Part shown: piece after piece, positions 60,555-64,000 of the stretch
Layout: each line of letters begins with the position of its first letter
Numbering within the stretch: position 1 is the first letter of the stretch
DNA from: Nitrospirales bacterium
Lineage (GTDB): Bacteria; Nitrospirota; Nitrospiria; Nitrospirales; UBA8639
NCBI GenBank assembly: GCA_963555755.3
Contig: OY820905.2
Coordinates: 4,512,001 to 4,576,000 of the forward strand
DNA length: 64,000 nucleotides
Direction of reading: 5' to 3'
Program-made: the position numbers and the translations under genes
Notes under the pieces: generated by a model
Seen by the model: the letters and a program-made list of their open reading frames with translations, nothing else
What the model was told of the DNA's origin: nothing
The model's database searches: none

Positions 60555-61370
60555 ATGAACCCAGAATCGCGTCTTGTGATCCTGACAGATTTAGATGGCT
60601 CGTTACTGGATGCTGATACCCATGAGTGTGGCCCTGCACGATCGGAACTGGATAATTTGCGCACTCGAGGTATCCCGGTCATGTTCTCGACGAGCAAGAC
60701 CTTTGCCGAAGTAGAACCCATGCGTCAGGAAATGGAGAATGTCGATCCGTTTATCGTGGAAAATGGCGGAGCGGTATATGTTCCCGAGGGATATTTCCCC
60801 GAGGTCCCGGAGCACAGTGTCCAGCGAGATGGCTATCATGTCATTGAGCTTGGGATATCGTATCTGACCCTTCGTGAAGGGTTGCGGACGATTGAGCAAA
60901 AACTTGGCATTCGGTTGAAGGGCTTCGGCGATATGAGTTTGGATGAAGTGGTCACGACCACGGGGCTATCCCCCATTCAAGCGATGGCTGCACAAAAACG
61001 AGAGTTTGACGAACCGTTTCTCGTCAACGATCCGTCAAAAATGTTTGAGATACGGCATGAAGCAGGGCAGTTGGGATTCCTGGTGGCATTGGATGGGCGC
61101 TTTGCTCACCTTGTGGGTGGCACCCATAAAGGATCAGCTTGTCGCATCCTTTTGGATTTATGCCGGAAGTATTGGGGAGCCATCCGGACTGCGGCGATCG
61201 GATCCAGCTTAAATGACGTTCCCATGCTGGAACAAGTGGACTATCCCTTTTTGGTCGAACAGCGAGGGGGCGGATACCAAAGTGGGATTGCGTTTAAACA
61301 ACTTATTCGGGTGGAAGGAATTGGTCCGGTGGGTTGGGCAAAATGTATTCAACAATTAGGCGAAGCCTAA
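60555..61370 (+). CDS. Mannosyl-3-phosphoglycerate phosphatase-like HAD-IIB hydrolase
   Basis: TDLDGSLLD; TSKT.AE; PFIVENG; REFDEPF; KG; G.S.ND.PML; GP.GW. Confidence 0.85.
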   Translation: MNPESRLVILTDLDGSLLDADTHECGPARSELDNLRTRGIPVMFSTSKTFAEVEPMRQEMENVDPFIVENGGAVYVPEGYFPEVPEHSVQRDGYHVIELGISYLTLREGLRTIEQKLGIRLKGFGDMSLDEVVTTTGLSPIQAMAAQKREFDEPFLVNDPSKMFEIRHEAGQLGFLVALDGRFAHLVGGTHKGSACRILLDLCRKYWGAIRTAAIGSSLNDVPMLEQVDYPFLVEQRGGGYQSGIAFKQLIRVEGIGPVGWAKCIQQLGEA

Positions 61371-61460
61371 GACATGGATGCTACCCAAGGATGGCTTCTT
61401 AGTTGTCTGTGTCCTGTATGTCTTGGACCGATAGCGTTTTTATCTCGTAGCCCTTCATTG

Positions 61461-62294
61461 TTAGGTTTGTTGGGGGTTAATGGTAGTGGGGGCGTCATTT
61501 AATCGGGAGGCTGGTATGACGACTTTCTTTCCGTCCACGTCGAGAACAATGACCATCGAGGTGAGGTCCACAACTGTTCCCGTCATTTCGCCAACCTGGA
61601 CGTGTTGCCCGATTTGAACAAAATGGCGAACCGAGTAAGTGCCAATGAGATTTCGGACGGCTGGTCCTGCACCCAGTCCGATGGATAAGGCCACTGTAGC
61701 TACCAATCCCGCCGCAAGGATCAATAAAAACGAGGCCAAGAAACTCGTATCAAATCCTAATCTGGAGACAGCCATGATGCCCGCCACGAGGATGGACAAC
61801 GCATAAATCAGGTGCCCGGCCATCCTTGCCGCAGGCAATCCAGCCGATTCACATGTGGCTGTGACCAATGTGCGTAATGCCCTGGCACCAAACAATCCGA
61901 TCAGGACAATCAGAGCTGCGAAGATGAGATCCGGAAGCGCATAGGCTAGAGAAATCAGCGCTTCAGTGAGAACCTCCAGCTTTAATGCTCGGGCCGCCGA
62001 AATAAGAAAGAGGAGAAAAATTACCCAAAACATGAGGGCTCCGATGATGTGAGCCCCTGTTTTCTGTAGGCCGAGTTGTTGGAATAAGGAGGTGATGCCC
62101 CAACTGTCCAGGAGCCGATTGAAGTGTGCAAATTCCAAGATACGGCGTATGGCGCTACTGACAAGCCGACCAAGAATGATGCCCACTGTTACCAGAACAA
62201 GCGCGCCCAGAATGTTTGGAAGAAAGGTAATGATCATATCCAAACTATCGTAGAGTGATTCTTCCAGCGGCAGGCTGAACGGGCTTTGGTCCAT
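61461..62294 (-). CDS. Small-conductance mechanosensitive channel family protein (MscS/CmpX-like)
   Basis: Two 'F/LPN/DI..A..I' TM-helix repeats; ALSIGLG; N...G; G..V.VG...G.V beta-domain. Confidence 0.8.
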   Translation of the reverse strand: MDQSPFSLPLEESLYDSLDMIITFLPNILGALVLVTVGIILGRLVSSAIRRILEFAHFNRLLDSWGITSLFQQLGLQKTGAHIIGALMFWVIFLLFLISAARALKLEVLTEALISLAYALPDLIFAALIVLIGLFGARALRTLVTATCESAGLPAARMAGHLIYALSILVAGIMAVSRLGFDTSFLASFLLILAAGLVATVALSIGLGAGPAVRNLIGTYSVRHFVQIGQHVQVGEMTGTVVDLTSMVIVLDVDGKKVVIPASRLNDAPTTINPQQT

Positions 62295-62297
62295 GCG

Positions 62298-63161
62298 TTA
62301 TACTCCTGTGTCTTTTCTCACCCATGCAGGTGAACGATGAGGGATTCGTTGCGTGATGAACTGGCGCATCTTGCCACGTTTCTCCCAATTCGTCACGTAA
62401 GATTTTTTCGACATCTTTTCGTCGAGAAGAACTTGGTAGGCCCGTATCCGCTGGACATATGTCACGGGTTCGAGCCCTCGCGCATATCCATACGGAAGCG
62501 ATCGATAATATTTTTTCTGGCTCAGAAGGGGCAGGACTTGCATCATGTCCTGCCAGCGATCCGGGTTTTTCTGTTTTCGGAGGGCCAGGATCCGCGCATC
62601 TTTCACATGTCCCAACCCCACGTTGTAGGCGGCTAGTGCAAAGAAGGTTCGGTCGGGTATGGGGACGGAGATTGGGATTCTCTGCTGCATCATCGTGAGG
62701 TACTGTGCGCCCCCATAGATACTTTTTCTGGGGTCAAGCCGATTCCTGATCCCAAGTGACGCTGCCGTACGTCTGGTCAGCATCATAAGGCCTCGAACAC
62801 CAGTTGGGCTTCTGGCTCGACGGTTCCAGTGGGATTCTTGATAGGCTTGAGATGCGAGAAGTTTCCACGGAAGATTATGCTTTTTGGCAGCGTTTTGAAA
62901 ATGTTCTTGATATCGAGGGAATCGGGTCCTGAGGTGTCTGAAGAAAATTTTACGGTCATAGCGGGAGAGTATTTTTCTCACTTGCACCGGTGCGGTAGTT
63001 TGGGGGCGAGTCAAAGCCTGCATGTGTTGTGTGTGAAGGTTGGATTTGATAGTTGCGAGATGATTGGATGTGTGTTGAGCAAATTTCGAAAATACAATAT
63101 GTGTGCTGACAAGCACACCAATCAAGATAAGACTGCCTACCCATTTCAAGAATATGCCCAT
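62298..63161 (-). CDS. Lytic transglycosylase, MltF-type SLT domain
   Basis: YQESHW...A.SPTGVRGLMMLT; ALAAYNVG.GH..DAR; GYARG.EPV.YV. Confidence 0.88.
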   Translation of the reverse strand: MGIFLKWVGSLILIGVLVSTHIVFSKFAQHTSNHLATIKSNLHTQHMQALTRPQTTAPVQVRKILSRYDRKIFFRHLRTRFPRYQEHFQNAAKKHNLPWKLLASQAYQESHWNRRARSPTGVRGLMMLTRRTAASLGIRNRLDPRKSIYGGAQYLTMMQQRIPISVPIPDRTFFALAAYNVGLGHVKDARILALRKQKNPDRWQDMMQVLPLLSQKKYYRSLPYGYARGLEPVTYVQRIRAYQVLLDEKMSKKSYVTNWEKRGKMRQFITQRIPHRSPAWVRKDTGV

Positions 63162-63205
63162 TGGTCGATTATCTGTTCCCGGGACGGTATTTCAGGTTTT
63201 CTCTA

Positions 63206-63481
63206 CAGGGAATGTTGAAAAAAGCCGCCAGCCTACGCTTAAGCTTCGGCCGACGGGCCAGCGGCGTTCTCGCCATTTTGCCGTGCGCACTACTTCATGT
63301 ACGCTCCGCGCGTCAAAATGGCTGCAGCCTTGCTGGACGGAACCTTCGGAAAGACCTCAGGGCATGCTTTTTGAACATTTCCCGTTTTCGTTGAATAGTC
63401 CAACTATTCGCCTCAAACGATCGAAACATCTGACTCAAACCAGCACCCCCTCGTCACGATCGCTAATCTCGGACAGGCTCC
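63206..63481. mobile_element. Family D MITE (63206-63384, with two REP-like inserts) joined to the right arm of family C
   Basis: CAGGGAATGTTGAAAAAAG...TTTTTGAACATTTCCCG-TTTT-CGTTGAATAG...GGACAGGCTCC, the same D/C junction as at 57944. Confidence 0.85.
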
Positions 63482-63785
63482 TAGGTGGTGCAGGTGAGAG
63501 TCACAGGAAAAAAAGTGTGACAAAGAACACAACGTTGGAGTGATAGGAGCCACGGCTATCATTTGTTGTAATGGAATATAATTAGTGCCCTTGAGAGAAA
63601 GGGGGAATATCTCCGCAATCGAGATGGTCGTGGCTCTATCGCTGGCAAAGGTCATTGCGGCTGAGGGATGAGCTCGGGATCTTCCCCCTCTTTTCAGAAA
63701 CACATTCTTTTCAGCCATTTTATGCTGTTTGCTAACGCGCTGTCCATTTTTTTCTCGACATACGAACAATCTCTTTATGTACTTA

Positions 63786-63965
63786 GGACCTGAGAGAAAA
63801 TAACTTGGACAATCTCGCATCCAATCTTCGGGCCATCTTTGAACGGGCCTCAATCGAAACACCCTCACCATAGCTGTGCTATGCCTCGAGTGTTTCTCAA
63901 TCGTTCCGTCCAAATCCGACCCCAATCTTGGCGCGATATTGATCAAATTATTTTCTCGCAGGTCC
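63786..63965. mobile_element. MITE family A (180 bp)
   Basis: GGACCTGAGAGAAAATAAC... / ...TTATTTTCTCGCAGGTCC; TSD TTA. Confidence 0.92.
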
Positions 63966-63968
63966 TTA

Positions 63969-64000
63969 GGGTCCGTCACGAAATAACCGAGACAATTGGC
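63969..64000. mobile_element. Start of a family E element, in tandem with A and cut off by the window end
   Basis: GGGTCCGTCACGAAATAACCG is the reverse complement of the 44565 end; it shares the TTA with family A. Confidence 0.8.

Noticed and set aside
1..64000. CRISPR array
   Set aside because: The repeats are dispersed TIR elements or 7-mers. There is no regular repeat-spacer array and no cas gene.

Overview
A 64-kb window of bacterial chromosome from a Gram-negative organism. Gene order and protein content resemble Nitrospirales, but this is inference only. Housekeeping content, left to right: an HD-hydrolase/DUF2062/thiL/lon block (- strand); a long envelope locus (bamA, skp, fabZ, lpxA, lpxI, GnnA-like oxidoreductase, lpxB, msbA, DUF374/LpxJ-like, waaA, lpxK, waaF, gmhB, heptosyltransferases, about 9 further glycosyltransferases and a B12 radical-SAM enzyme); tRNA-Ser(GCT) next to an integrase relic; then bactofilin, glutathione peroxidase, Slp, TonB, CopA, Rdx, SthA, MalQ, MPG phosphatase, MscS and an MltF-type lytic transglycosylase. 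Two full IS elements are present: an ISAs1-family element with an N-terminal DUF4338-like domain and a -1 frameshift, and an IS256-family element inside a PEP-CTERM pseudogene. Two things stand out. (1) At least six families of 120-180 bp miniature inverted-repeat elements (called A-F here) insert into each other at fixed sites, up to a four-layer nest at 57641-58281. They share end motifs and an internal cassette, and often sit at stop codons. (2) The essential-looking LpxJ-like acyltransferase gene carries its conserved C-terminus in the -1 frame behind an A_AAA_AAG slippery site. No CRISPR array, rRNA or prophage was found. All calls come from reading the sequence; no database searches were run.
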